NCBI GenBank assembly: GCA_001938485.1
Contig: MQRK01245678.1
Span: 1-54,861 of the forward strand
Source of the DNA: Girardia tigrina
Lineage: Eukaryota
Direction: 5' to 3'
Length of the DNA stretch: 54,861 bases
The position numbers and the translations under genes are program-made. Position 1 is the first letter of the stretch, and every line of letters begins with the position of its first letter. This document shows, piece by piece, positions 1-14,149 of the stretch. A model generated the notes under the pieces. That model saw only the letters and a list, made by a program, of their open reading frames with translations. It ran no database searches and was not told where the DNA came from.

Positions 1-817
1 TGATTATTTATGAATTAATTTGTGATTATTTATTAATTAATTTGTGATTATTAATTAATTAATTTGTGATTTTTTATGAATTAATTTGTGATTATTTATG
101 AATTAATTTGTGATTATTTTTGAATTAATTTGATTATTTATGAATTAATTTGTGATTATTTATTAATTAATTTATGATTATTTATGAATTAATTTGTGAT
201 TATTAATTAATTAATTTATGATTATTTATGAATTAATTTGTGATTATTTATGAATTAATTTGAGATTATTTAATAATTAATTTGTGATTATTAATTAATT
301 AATTTGTGATTATTTATTAATTAATTTATTATTATTTATGAATTAATTTGAGATTATTTATGAATTAATTTGTGATTATTTATGAATTAATTTGTGATTA
401 TTTATGAATTAATTTGTGATTATTTATGAATTAATTTGTGATTATTTATGAATTAATTTGTGATTATTTATGAATTAATTTGTGATTATTAATTAATTAA
501 TTTGTGATTTTTTATGAATTAATTTGTGATTATTTATTAATTAATTTGTGATTATTTTTGAATTAATTTGATTATTTATGAATTAATTTGTGATTATTTA
601 TTAATTAATTTGTGATTATTTATGAATTAATTTGATTATTTATGAATTAATTTGTGATTATTTATGAATTAATTTGTGATTATTTATGAATTAATTTGTG
701 ATTATTTTTGAATTAATTTGATTATTTATGAATTAATTTGTGATTATTTATGAATTAATTTGTGATTATTAATAATAATTAATAAATAATTTGTGAATTA
801 ATTCATAAATAATCACA
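1..817. repeat. 22-bp AT-rich minisatellite (TGATTATTTATGAATTAATTTG)n with one inverted unit at 796-817
   Basis: Tandem 22-bp units with some 20-bp variants from 1 to about 770. The reverse-complement unit AATTAATTCATAAATAATCACA sits at 796-817. Probably in an upstream POLA2 intron. Confidence 0.95.
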
Positions 818-1215
818 GACATGTGCCATATTTAATTGGGCTAATGTCATTTAAAACTTTACTTGTTCATTTTTAATTAATTACAAATTATTTAAAAAAT
901 AAATTCTAACTCCACATAAACAAATCGAGAAATCGATTTGCATAATTGTTGTGACTGGAGGTTTTTGAGATGGTTTCACGTATTTCATAAATAAAATAAT
1001 TGAAATACATTAATCATATTTAAAGATTAATCATTTTAGCTTTGTTAAAAATTTTCGACTTTCCTACCTTAATTTATTGTACTTTATTATTACGATTTCA
1101 AAATTGCTTTCTATTTTCAATGAAATGCTTAGAAATAAAAATTTATTTATATCGATTTCTTGATTATTATCAAATGAGATGAAGGAAAAACTAACGAAAA
1201 AACAACAAATTTTAG

Positions 1216-4200
1216 TCAAAAATTGTGTTTAATGGGGGTAATACTGAATCGATCCTAACGATGGATCTATTGAGAATTTGTACGAATGTAGTACTGGACA
1301 GACACGATTGGAATAATTGTAAGAATCAACTGAGACTATGGAATGAAACGAACGCAATCGATAAAGACCGAACCGATAGATTAAAATTGTCAGATTTGAG
1401 TCTGGTAGGAGAATTGAGTCATCTGGAGGATGTCTGGATAGCAGGCAGAATTTCTTTAGACCATTCTCAAATCCATCGAACAATCGAAATGGCGTTGGAA
1501 TCAATCGAAAGTGGCAATTGGGACAAATTGTCTGAGACAAATATCGCGCTCCAGGGTTACTCAGAGCAGCGCGCTGCACTCGAGTCACTTTCCTTTGACG
1601 ACTCCATATCCTATTCCGTGTTTCCAGGCGCTAACATTATCGTGAAGGGTAAAAATCCCACTAGAAACGGCTTCACTGTTACTGAGATTTTACCGGTTTG
1701 TTTTGTTGATTGATTTTGGTTTACTTCCAATTGTCACAGTCTTTAGCAAGGAAGAGTTCTTAATTTTTCGAAAATATTTTAATGTGATAACGACGGTCTT
1801 TCATGAGCAAATTTTTAAAATAACTTTAACCATTCTTAACTGTCAAGTCTTATTAAATTTTTACTATCTCTTGCTGTAATTAGTCCCTAAAAACATCTCA
1901 CAAAACAAGAAAATATTCGTGAACAAATATTTTCCAAGAGTTCTTCTTTGACGTGTGACGATCTAAAATTGATTGATTATCTTAAAAAAAACCACAGAAA
2001 TTTATTAATCCATGTCCGATCATTCCTGATGAGAGAATCGGAGATTTGAGAGTGACGATTGCAACCGGGCCGTTTGGTGACAATTATCAATCGATAATCG
2101 ATAAATTGGTGGCAAGGATCAAAGCGGATCGATCTCATGTTCTGATCATGATCGGACCGATTATAATTGATAATGCCGATTCACAAACCGACCAAATTCG
2201 ACCAGATCAAGACCGACTTGTGGAACGATTGTCGTATTTGGCGAAGAGCTGTGTCGAAATCAAAACAAGATTGATTGTCGTACCGGGACTGGAAGACCCA
2301 ACGGAGATCCCGGTCTATCCTCAGCCGCCATTCGATCGACTAGAGTCCGATATGCCAGTATTGATTTTGATTATTTTTTTCAGAAATTTCTCTTTTATAA
2401 TTTGCGATTTTATTTCAATATTTTTTTATTATTGATTATTTTAAAATATTTTGTGATTTTCACAATTTTTCAGTTCATTTGAAAAAAATTTCCAACTTTT
2501 ATGAAAATTCTGCAACCCCAATTACAACTACTCTATTGATTATTTATTTATTTAATTTATTTTAGTTCCTTCTCGAAATTATCGAATCTTTGCCTCAAAT
2601 ATTTATACGGTTAATTAAGGACTGAGTGCGAAAAATATTCTTCTTCTTTTGACCTCAGCAGTTGAGACGTGGGTGCACCCAATTATAAACAAGCCTTCGC
2701 CACATCTCTCTATTTGTGGTTTCTTTTCTCAGACATTCCATACTCAGTCCAGTCCATTCTTTTAAATAGTCTGTCCATTGCCTCTTTGGTCTTCCTCCTT
2801 CCACTCTTCCCTCAATCATAACCTTTGATAGTGCTGTTTTCTTATTGGATGACCGTAGAATTTCAGCTTCCTTCTATTGATTCCGGTCTTTTACCTATTA
2901 TTTCTGTCTCTCCTCCACACAAAGTCATTTGTATTCTTTTCTTTCCACGTGATCTTCAGCATTCTCCTGTAGTACTTCATTTCAAACGCTTTAAATCTAT
3001 CCATACTCTTCTGATTTTTTGTCCAACTCTCGCATCCATAGAGGAGTGTTGCCCAGACAATAACCCTAGTGATCTTCAATCTGCTCTTGAGATGGATTTC
3101 TTTGAGGTTAAAAACTGTGCTAAGTTTAATCATTGCGCTTGTTGCAATACCAATCCGGCTTCTGATTTCTTCTTCGCTTCCCCCATTCTCTGTGATAGTA
3201 GAGCCTAAATACTTGAAACTCTTAACTTGTTCCAGCTTCTCTCCTTCAATGAAAATCTCCAGTTTAACCTCGCAGTTATGGTATTACTAAATATAAATAT
3301 AAATAAATATTAATAACTTTAAATCTCTATAACTCCAACATGAATTCACAAATTACAAAACACTAATCAAGTGGGCTGTTGTTTGAATCAATCAAAATAG
3401 AATTCATTTTTCACCAGAAACAGGAAGTCGCGAATTACTTATTCGTTTATTTCAAGAAAATCCACAATCAAGTCTGAAAACAATCGCCAGAAAGGCGATT
3501 TTTTTTGTCAGAAAACAGTTTCTAACGTGATAAAAAACTTCAATGAGAACTTGAACGTTTTTAGAAAAATTGGTTCGGGAAGAAGAAAGGGTTTTTCGTA
3601 TACACAGAATGCGAAGAAAGTAAAGGCTCTGTTAGAGAGAAATCCTCGTCTATCCAATCGTAAGCTGTTGGTAAAGGCAAATTGTAGCGAGAAAACAGTT
3701 CGGAAAATTAAACAGTCTGGGTTTAAAAACGTATAAAGTTCAAACAGTGCAAGACCGGAACGCTAACAAGAATGTAAAGGTGCAGCAGCGAGCCAGAAAG
3801 TTGAAGTCTGCATTTCTTGTGAAGAAAAAATGTTGCATTTTAGATGATGAGACTTATGTACTATGCGAGTTTTCCCAGCTACCCGGGCAAGAATGTTACT
3901 CAGCAACTAAGAGAAGAGGAGTTGAAGAAAAATTTAGAAGCAAGAAAAAATCTAAGTTTCTCAAAAAAATTCTTGTTGTGGATGCGGGACAAGGAGTAAA
4001 AGGTAAGGTAGTCAAGAAGTGGTACGAAGACAATAAAGTCGATGTGGTGCAAAGGGAGGCAAAGAATGTTATTGAAGTATTGCTGTAGCAATTAGTCGTT
4101 TTTTTGCATCGTTGTAAAACACAGTAATTGTAATTACCTACGAGAAAATTTATAGTCCAACAGGTGCGCCGCGAAAAAATTTGTAAGCTTAGTGTGCCGC

Positions 4201-7200
4201 AACTCGAAAAAGGTTGCCCGACACTGATCTAACTGGACAACATTCTTCCGCTTATAATTAATCAGAGTTGAATAGGATGGCGGCTTTGTTGTAGGTATTT
4301 TAACTCTAACGTCATAGTACTTATAACATTCTTACACCCCTCAGATGAAGATACTCCAGATATTCGAGAGAAGCCAAGATTCTACACTTTGGTTGGACTA
4401 TGAACATTTATGTTATACTTAGGCTGTCCCAAAAGTCCTCAGATGGCCTTTAAAAACACACTAATATTTTGCCAAATTTAACCAAATTTGGACTGAATAT
4501 TATTCAGACTGTCATAAATACTGTGTTAAAATTTCAAAGCATAAAATTTGAAACTTACCAAAAAAATAATATTATTAACCAACAAAAAAANNNNNNNNNN
4601 NNNNNNNNNNNNNNNNNNNNNNNNNNNNNNNNNNNNNNNNNNNNNNNNNNNNNNNNNNAAAATTTCTTAAGCAACAACATATTCACCATTGTTGTCAATA
4701 ACCAACTGACAATAGTTAAAAAGTTTATCTAGTTGATTTTTTAATGTTTCTGTTGATAAAGAATTAAAAAAGAATTTACAACTTTCTTCAATTTCTTCAT
4801 GTGATTTGAAAACATGATTTTTAAAACTTTTCTTCATTTTTGAAAACAAGAATCTGTCACACAGATTAAAATCTGGACTATAGGGCGATTGATAATTTTT
4901 TTCAATTTTTCTTCTTTTGAAAAAAAGAGTTGTTTCTTTACTAGAATGAGGTCTTACATTATCATGCCACCACTTAAGTTCCTTTAGCTTGATGCTGTTA
5001 GATCTAAGTTTCCGCCATTTTTCATCGGTGTCGTGAACAAAGTTCACATACGCCTCGGAATCAATCTTGGTACCATATGGCAGTGCTTTTACATTAAAAC
5101 GTTTGCTGCAGGTAAAGGTTACGAAAACAAGAGATTTTTTATCAGTCATTGGCGATGGCTTTATCACTTTTGGTGGAACAGCATTAGAAGGAATCCAAAC
5201 TTTGTGATCTTCTTTCTTTCCTCTACCTTGGAAAAAGATCCATGTCTCATCCTCGATCGCTATGTTGGAATATGCTTCATCACCCATCTGTGAAATTACA
5301 TGGCGTATATGATTGCAGTGTTAATGCGTTGTTGTTTATTAGCAGCAGAAAGTTCGTGAGGGACCCAAACAGAGCAAACTTTTTTGTAATGAAGTTTTTC
5401 ACGCAAAATTTTGTGAACTGTATTTTTGCCTAAAGAAAGTTCATTTTCAATATAACACAAAGACGCATTTTGAGCTTCATCAATCACTTCAAGGCAACAT
5501 TTATTTGGTTCCATTGTTAAAAACCGCTTGATTTGAATTCGCTGCACTTTTAAAATTTCAATACTTTAATAAAACAAAATTTTATTTTTTTTTAATTTTA
5601 TGCTTTGAAATTTTAACACAGTATTTATGACAGTCTGAATAATATTCAGTCCAAATTTGGTAAAATATTAGTGTGTTTTTAAAGGCCACCTGAGGACTTT
5701 GGGACAGTCTAAGTAATTGTAGATAATGTTTTTTTGCTGATTTTGTGATTGTTTCAAAGAAGATGAAGCAATTTTCATTAAAATATGTGTTTTAGCTTCC
5801 ATTCCCAAACTAGTAATCCCGGGATTATTTGAAAGTAACCCCGGGATTTCGGGACGTACTTTATAGTCCGGGATCCCTGGAAACAGTATCGCTGGATTTG
5901 AATCCCTACCTGTATACAAATGCAAAAATAATGAATATGTAATCGATTGCATGAAAAATATAAAATTATCAATAAGCTGATTGAAACTGCCGATTGAACA
6001 TTGATTTTAGGGCAACGTGAACATTTTTTTCAATATTGCTCTTACTCTCTTTTCATCCATGTTCTTAAATTGGTTTAGAAATGACGGACAGTCTTCTAAT
6101 GCATTTGGTTTATAAATATTAGAACAAAGGTGTAATAGATATATTACAGAACATTTCTAAATTTAGGAGACCGTGATAAAATTTTCAAATTTTATTGATT
6201 GTTGCGTTTAACAATTCATTTTTTAAAGTTTTAAAATCATTCAGAATAAGGTACAATTAAGCAATATTTAGGCATATTAATAATATTTAATGCTACTTCA
6301 ATTTCCTTCTCAGGAGAAGCATCCACTTCGTTCTTCAACAAACAAAACTTTTGTTCACTTGTAGTACCTTGTATGATTCATCCAATAATATTTTAATTTT
6401 TTTCTTAGTATCATTTCTATACGTTAAATGTTTGTGGTAGCTTGTCTTGTACTTCTTCTGTCAAATCTCTATGATATCCATCCGTACATGATCTCAGATT
6501 ATTACAAGTCGTTTTATTCTAAGTTGTCATATTAAGACCATGAACACACTTTTGTTTTTCCACAACAATTTTGACAGAATTTTTTGACAAATCCAAACTT
6601 TTTCATTACATAGGATTTCACAATTCGATTGTCTCACTGTTAGTCCTTCTGTTGTTGGCTCCTTACCGCGGACAGGAGTGATTCTAAAAAAAATAATGAC
6701 GATTTATAACTTGAAAAATAATTTAAATAAAATATGCATTTAATCATTTAAATGGTTTATGTATACTTAACAAGGGATACACAAACATGCAGTTCAACAA
6801 CAAGAAGCAGTTTAAAAACAAGTATTCACAAACTTTTGCGCCTGACTGTAGATCTGTCTTTGATTATCAAACAGGGTCCAGAACGACTGAAAAGTTAATA
6901 TTGCTGTGTCATGTCTTTTGCACATCAAAATATTGATAGATGTTATCACAAATAGACCAAACGATCTTAACTTTTCTCACACTGAATACCATCCAAGTTT
7001 ATAGCAATTCGATCCTTGTTAGCATTTATTAACCCTCGTTCATCACACGGATAGCGGAATTATTGTTCTTGTTATAAATTTCTATTGCATCTAAACTGAA
7101 TGTATGAGAAAATCGAAATAAATCAGAAAAAAATCGAGAATAATAATAATTTTATTATGCACCTAATTATTTATTGATTGAAAATATATTTTATAATTTG

Positions 7201-7973
7201 AAAAAAATCAGAAAAAAATTCTTTCGATTTATCTTGATATAAATAATAAATTGTTGCCCGCATTTTGATCATCATCAAATCGATCGATTTTGTGCTATGT
7301 AATTGTTAATTACTGATTTCCTCCCTCTTTCTCTCTGTCTGTGCAATTATCTGTGCCAGTCATCATTTGATCGTCTACATTAATAATCATCGATAATAAC
7401 ACGTCATGAACGACAATTGCTACAGGAAATCCTCCGCACCAATCCTCTCGTCGATTTCCTCCCGAACCCGGCCGCTCTGTTTATCGGCCCCTACAAGTTC
7501 TGCTTATCGTCAGTCGATGTATTGCGGCACATGAGCGCCAACGAGATCAGCCGCGGTCGAAATGACAATCGCATCGAGCGGCTCTGCCATCACATTCTTG
7601 CCGAGTCTCACTTCTACCCACTGAGACCTGCCCATCCAGAGGTATCGATCGACTGGCCGCTCTATGACGCTCGGTGCCGTTCGCTCTTCGATCGAGAATC
7701 GCCGCATTGTCTTATTTTACCTTCCAAATTGAACGCATTTGTTAAAGTAATTGGTGATCATTGATCGAAAAGTCAATCATAATAATTTAGAACGTGAGTG
7801 GAGTCGTTTGCATCAATCCGGGGTTCATTAATCGCGACTCTCATCTATCAACGTTTTGTCAATTAACGATTTTCGATAATAATGATGTTAATCGCGAAAA
7901 TTCAATGAATACTAATAACGGCAATATTAATTCCATCAGTGACAGAATCGATCATAAAATAATCACTTTATAA
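1216..7973 (+). CDS. POLA2: DNA polymerase alpha subunit B, 5'-partial; exons 1216-1695, 1998-2357, 7426-7746, 7791-7973
   Basis: All introns are GT-AG and phase 0, and the joined frame is open to TAA at 7971-7973. Motifs match Pol alpha B: AGRI, YSVFPG..VKGKNP, ATGPF, LIMIGP, VYPQPPF, LPNP, HFYPLRP, LILPSKLNAFVK, VCINPG. Introns are 302, 5068 and 44 bp. Confidence 0.88.
2638..3290 (-). mobile_element. RTE-clade LINE 3' fragment (RT end, 3' UTR, (GAA)n tail)
   Basis: Minus strand reads LEQVKSFKYLGS, LLYGCESW, AFEMKYYRRMLKITW, GGRPKRQW. It ends in AAAAGAAGAAGAA. Confidence 0.85.
3400..4090 (+). mobile_element. Tc1/mariner DD37E (ITmD37E-like) transposase remnant, internally deleted
   Basis: HTH-like N-terminus (RKIGSGRRKG, RNPRLSNRKL) and CILDDETYV..F.QLPGQE.Y motif. 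Frameshifted, and no TIR pair found. Confidence 0.7.
4160..4226 (+). mobile_element. hAT (Charlie-like) right terminus
   Basis: GTGTGCCGC...GAAAAAGGTTG...CACTG terminal signature. Confidence 0.5.
4418..5713 (-). mobile_element. mariner (DD34D) transposon with about 120-bp TIRs and TA TSD, in a POLA2 intron
   Basis: TA|CTTAGGCTGTCCCAAAAG...CTTTTGGGACAGTCTAAG|TA. Motifs WVPHEL, IEDETW, HDNVRPH-(34 aa)-YSPDFNLCD. ORF is broken. Confidence 0.92.
5810..5908. mobile_element. non-autonomous hAT-like terminus with repeated CCCGGGAT motifs
   Basis: Reverse complement starts TAGGGATTCAAATCC, followed by iterated CCGGGAT subterminal motifs. Confidence 0.45.
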
Positions 7974-8264
7974 TAAAAATATTGGAATGTATTAGTCGTT
8001 TTCTTTTTTATTTGTCTTGAATTATTGCTCGGGTGATCCTGGACGTTATTAATAATTAACAAAACAATAGTACAGTCTGCTCCGGCTAATCCGAGCACCC
8101 AAATACACAAAAACGATCGGTTTAGCCGGAAATCGAGTAACCCGAATAAATGTTCGAATTGACCTAACAAAGTTGCTATAATAACCCCATACTAAAAAAG
8201 CACTTTAGTTTAGCACTTAAATTTTTCTTTTTATGCATTTTCATTCGAAATAAAAAATTGATTT

Positions 8265-8520
8265 TGTGAGGAATATTTTAAATTTTGTATGTTGAGTTTA
8301 GTATTTAAATAAAATCATTTTTTAAATAAAATTAATATGTAGATAAAATTTACTAAAACTACAAAATTTGAACTTTACAAATAAAATCTGAAAATAAGGA
8401 AGAATTTGTTCGAATAGTTGTTTATTAAAAAAACATTAACTAAAATTCATCAATTTAGAACGATGTCGAATTACGAAAGCTTTGCTGAGAGTTGTCCAAA
8501 AGACAATTCTGACTGTATTG
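8265..8520 (+). mobile_element. gypsy solo-LTR fragment (TGTGAGGAATATTT family)
   Basis: Same head as other LTRs in the window. The body matches the reverse complement of about 29545-29745. Confidence 0.7.
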
Positions 8521-9119
8521 AAAATAAAAGTTCGAAAAGCCATGTTGATGTTTTTAATAGATTTTATTGACTTGTAAAATACTTTAATAGTATTGACGGT
8601 TCCATGTCAAAAGAGCCAACAGTGAAAAAAGAATAAAATTTAATTAATAATTGAAATAAAATTTTGCTTTAAACTTTGTATAAGTATAGAAATTGTAATC
8701 ACAGATTACTATAAATTCCTTTTATGTAAAATATATATCTTCAAATTAATCCAACTTCTCAGCATGAGTTTTGATTTAAAAGTTTTAAATTTGTAAAATT
8801 TCCTTTGTGTGCGTACAGTTTGTTCAGAATTTACATGAGTAATATCCAATTTGTGAATACCATACTCTTTTTTTGTAAAATACAATAAATCTACATACTG
8901 TGAGGTCCATTTAATTATACAATAAGTCCATTTGATAATAAAACCATATCTAAAAATGAAAGAGAAAGAAAATAAACCAATCAAAAAGTTAATATGAAAA
9001 CATACTTACTTAAATTTCCATTTGAGAATAGAGAATATATTAAATAATGTTTTCTACCCCCTAACACACATACATATATACCTACAAACACAACATACAC
9101 ACATAATATTAGGACCATT

Positions 9120-12100
9120 TGTTAATACAATGTCCATTTAACAATATTAAAATTCGTATTTTTTTCTTAAATTTTTCATTTAATTAAAATTTTTAATCAA
9201 AATATTTTAAATTTATTTTAAATTACAAAAATCACATTTTTTTCAAAAAAAATTTTCTTTTAACAAATGCCAAAGTAAAAAATACATTAAATTTAATTAA
9301 AAAATTAATAAATATTTAATTTTAATTTAATAATTAAACAATCGACAACGATTTTTTTAGAAGGGTGGGAGAATCACCATTCTAAATTCAACATAATTCC
9401 TCAATTCATTTATGCATTCAAGCAATTCAAAATATTCCTCACATCCTCTCGGTTTCTGATCAAGATCTTACTGTCCTCTAGTTGTATCTCATAACTTCTT
9501 TCGTGTCTTTGCTTTATAATTTTAGCTGGTCCCATATAACTGTCATCATCTTTTGATAGGTTAACTTTCTTTATCAAGACTATCTCCGACCTGAAATAAT
9601 CACTTTATTTCAATTATATTTTTATTTTCTTTTCCACCACTTTTTCCTTCTGTTGTAGTTTTCCACCAATGTCTTAGTTTTCTTCCGAAGATTATCTCGG
9701 CTGGAGATATTTCAGTTGTTGCTTGGATTGTACCGTTTAACATGAATTCTATTTCTGCCAACATTTCTACAAATCTCTATGCATTTCATCCTTTAATCAT
9801 ATATTTACGGCGTCTCTTATTGTTCTGAATTGTCTTTCAATGATTCCGTTAGTATTGTGGTGATAAGGGCTTGAGTAGACTATCTCCGTCTTAAATATTT
9901 TTGAAGTTTCTTTAAAGAGTGCTGATTCAAAAGTTTTCCCTCTATCAACGTGTATCTCCTTTGGTGGTCCGAATTTCCAAATCCATTTATCCAATAGTAC
10001 CCTCCGTGTAGTCTTCTCGTTTTGGTGTGCCACTGCGGTCAAGCTGATGTACCTACTAAATTGTTTGATTATTGCTAAAATGTATTGGTATCCAGTCTTA
10101 GTCTGAATGGTCCGCAAAAGTCCATGTAATTTTTTTGAAATGGTTCGTCGGCAGATTGTTTAATGTGTTTCTCTTACGTTTTTGCCGTCAGTGTCTTCCT
10201 TTTCTGGCAGTTTGCGCAACTTTGTACGATGTTCTTTATCTATTGTCTAATTTCATACATATCAAAGTCATCTTTTATGTAATTGTAAACTTTCTTACTT
10301 CAGTTAAAGCAAGGATTCTAGTTTTAGCTTTTCCTTTTTTAGCGTCATCGTGCATTGTCTGACATTGTACACATAGTTCACATGTATTTCTCGACATTGC
10401 GTCTGCATTAGTGTGTTTTCCCCCTTGTGGTATTCAATCCTCATGTCTAGTCCACTAATGAAGTTTATCCAAGTTTGGAATTATGGAGTTATTGGGTTCT
10501 TCGTTGTCATCATGAATGTGATGGCCTTGTGGCCCGTTCTAAGTAGAAACTTCTTTCCGTATAAGAAATGTTTGAAGTGTTGGGTGAAGTAATAGATTGC
10601 TAATAATTCCTTTCTTGTAATACAGTATCCCAGTTCGTGTTTGTTCATCTTGTGGGATCCATATGCTCCATTACTCTTTCCCATCCGTATGCATCCTTCT
10701 GTGCAAGTACCGCCCCTATTGTATCAAAACTGGCGTCTGTATCCAGTATTAATTCCTTTTCGAAATCTGGTTATGCTAGGATTGGTGTTTTAGTCATTTT
10801 ATCTTTTAATGTCGGAAATGCTTCGTCACATTCCTTTGTCCATGTCAATTTTTTATCTTTATTTTTCCACACAGCCCTTCCAGTATTTTTGAATATTTTG
10901 CATAATCCTTCAAAAATTTTCTATAATAGTTCGTTAACCCCAAGAAACTTCTTAAACGTTTAATTCATGAAGGATTTTGAAATTTTTCGATTGCTTCAAT
11001 TTTCGTTTTATCCATCTCTATGGCATCTTTGCTCACGACATATTCTAAAAATTTTGTCTTTTCTACCAGAAACTGGCACTTTTCATGGTTTATCCGAAGG
11101 CCTGAATCTTTAATCTTTTGAAATATGTGTTCGACTCGTCTTAAATGTTCTTCTTTGTCTTTTGCGAACATTAGAATATTATCCATTAGAATATTACAAC
11201 TGCTTCTTTCCAATTTAATTCTCATAACACTCTTGTCATTAGTTCTTGAAATGTCGCTGGGGCAGCTGCAATTCCGAATGGCATTCTTTTAAAACAATTT
11301 TGACCGTTCTTTGTCGAAAATGCTGTTTTTTTTATTTTTGCATCCTTCTCCAATTCAACTTGATGATATGCGCTCTCCAAGTCGATTGTGCTAAATTACT
11401 TCGCTCCATTTAATGTATTTAGCATTTCTTCTACATTTGGCATTGGAAATGCTGGTCTGATTGTGACTTTATTTAATTGTCGAAAATCAACACATACTCG
11501 AATATCCTCTTTGTCCTTTTTTTCATACGCATACTAGCGGAAAATTCCACGTCGAACTGCATTTTTCAATGATATCATTTTCCTTATAATTCTTGATAAT
11601 ATCATCTAGTTTTTCCTCAATGTTTTGGCTTTTTTACCAATATATGTTCTCCTTGCGTTTCAATTTTATGCTTAGTTAGTGTGGTCTTCCCGATATCCCA
11701 TTTGTCCGCCATAAATATCATTTTATATTCTATTAGTAATTTCATTAATGGTTCATCTATCTTATCTGAGTATATTATCCTTATTCTTTTAAGTCTGTCT
11801 CCATCAGTTAAAGTATCGCGTATTACCAGCACTCCTTCTTTGTATCCTGTTTCTTTCTTTAGTTTTATGCTGAATTTATTTAAAAAATCCATTTCTGCAT
11901 TCATTTCGGGTTCCAAATCTTTTACTACAAAAAAGTCCACTGTTTTCTGTATTCTTTCAATCTTAATCTTTAGTTGTACAATTCCGTAATTTACTAGTTC
12001 CGAATCGTTAACACAGTGTATACGTCTTTTTGTCTCCTTTATTTTGATATTTTTCATATTTTTGAGTATGTCTACTTTAATTACATTGACTCGTGCTCCC

Positions 12101-14124
12101 GTATCCAATAGACATCGTTTTTTTCTATTATTTATATTAAGGATATTAACAGCCGAAGTCGTATTACAAGATTTATTACGACAAAAATTGTCTGTAATCA
12201 GCGTCTGGGGCATGACTTGTTTCTTCAATTGATTTTCCAAAAAATTGCCAAAATCTGCAATGATTAAAACAATTGTATTTTTATTAATTGTTAAATAACA
12301 ATTAATTTATTATACAATAAATAATATAAATTTTTAAATTCGACAATAATTGACTTCAATTGTCTAGGGAGAGATGTCATGCTTCAAACACCAACCAGTG
12401 TCAAACATACTATAAAACTCATTCAACAAACACTCAACATCATTCCAATATCCCTGACAATTTATTTGAAAATCTATACTAGGTCTCCCTTTTAGTTCTT
12501 CATATTCTTTTTAAACTTTGATATTTTCATTATATCTGTGCTTCTGTCTTCATCTTTTCCTGCGATCAAACTGTCACATTTCGCATTAGATATTTCGTTT
12601 TCACTATCTAATATACACAATTCCTGAGGAATATTTTCAACAGCATCCCATATACAACATATGTCATCATACAAACAATCATTTATACAGTCAAACATAC
12701 ACATACATTCGTTTCTTAGTGAAGTGCACTGTTCACTTCTCCTTGTGATCGTGTCTCCTCGTTTCCCTGTTCGTCTCTGAAATTTTTCTTGTTTGTAATA
12801 TTTTCTCTTCTTGTTAGACTTCCTCTTTTATTCGTATATCCCATATGACATCTGTACTGTGTGTTTGTGCATTCCTTTCGGTCATTTCTTCTATTCCTTG
12901 TATTGTTCGCGCTCTCTAAATCTGTTTGGATTCTCATAACATTGTGTTCTTATATGCCCTTTTTAATTACAATGGTTGCATTTAACATTTGAACATTCCC
13001 GTCTCACATGTCCTTCTTCATGACAGGCCCGACATATGAAATTTCTCGCTTTAAAATTTCTTCTTGGATCTTCGATCATTCTCTCTTCGTATCTTGGTCT
13101 TCTTGTTCTATATTCTACTTTCTTCCATTCTTTATTTTCCTTTGTCGTGTACGCGTCCACTCTTATATTTCTGTCTTTCAGCTCAAATTCGTAAATTTTC
13201 TCTTGAATGTTCTTTATGTCTTCTGATTTTGTGGCATTTTTGAGAGTCATTTCTCTTTTTACTTCTCTACCTTCGATGGCGTTGGTGTACGCTAGATCTG
13301 AAAGTTCCTTTTTTCCCAGTTTTTTCTCACTAGTTCATCAATCTTTTTAAATACTTCTGATGGATTTCTATCCCCGATTCTAATCTCTACAAGCTCCTTC
13401 ATTATTTCCAAATTTTTCATTCTTGTTTCCCAGTTGTCTCCTTATGTTTACTCATATTTTTTATCACCTCTGAAGTCATGAATGCTGTGACTAATATCGC
13501 TTTTCTTTCTTCCTTAAATCCCAAAATCTTTGAATATCTCTTAAACCTTATTAGGAATTCTTCTAATTTTGCTTCTGACCATCAAATGTCTCCGGTCCTT
13601 TGATAATTGATGTCACGTGGTCGTGTGCCGCCATATTAAGAACATTAAAACAAGTCTTATTTGAATTTTAATTGCAATTACATTTAGAGTCATTACAACT
13701 CTCAGAAGGTCTTTCATCGTTCTAATTGGTTTTCTTATTTCTGTTTTTAATCATGTTTATTCGAACAATTTTTCTAAGTTATTTTTTAAAACATTTAACC
13801 TCTAAAAAAATATTAAAAAAAATAATAATTTTTACCATTTCTCAATAAATCCAAAAATAATAAAAAATATCATCAAATTATTAAAAATGCATTTAATTTA
13901 AATTTTACTAAAAATATTAAACTTAATTTTAATTGTCAAATTAAAATTATGAACTTATCAAATGATTATTTAAATTATGTTCGAATAGTCAATCCTTTAA
14001 ATTTAATACAAAAATACTAATTTCTATCTGAGTGGGAGAATCATCAATTTAAATACAACATACTTAAATCAACATACATCCTCAATACATTTACACATTC
14101 AAACAATTTAAAATATTCCTCACA
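9120..14124 (-). mobile_element. degraded Ty3/gypsy LTR retrotransposon (5' LTR 14124-13634, gag-PR-RT-RH-IN, 3' LTR from 9443, its far end uncertain)
   Basis: Gag has P.TFDG and CCHC knuckles (CRACHEEGHVRREC). Protease LLDTGA, RT RVCVDFRQLN and MPFG, RNase H DTDAS and KELLAI, integrase HVDRGKTF and SPYHHNTNGIIER. TGG follows the 5' LTR, and a purine-rich GAGAGGA precedes the 3' LTR. Confidence 0.9.
12243..12459 (-). mobile_element. LTR-like fragment (TGTCAGGGATATT head) inserted between gag and protease
   Basis: TG start, TG-rich head and TCTCTCCC motif resembling the other LTR heads. It interrupts coding sequence. Confidence 0.45.
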
Positions 14125-14149
14125 GGAAAAATGTTTCCCTTGATCGTAA

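Noticed and set aside
4230-4385. Penelope end (LNR-DGG-like) with a hammerhead
   Set aside because: The core is too degenerate (CAGATGA...GAGA) to call.
5960-7090. Extra POLA2 exon or nested gene
   Set aside because: POLA2 splices in frame without it, and all frames are stop-ridden with no recognisable motif.
8073-8200. pogo/Tigger-like MITE (TA|CAGTC...)
   Set aside because: Only one terminus found.
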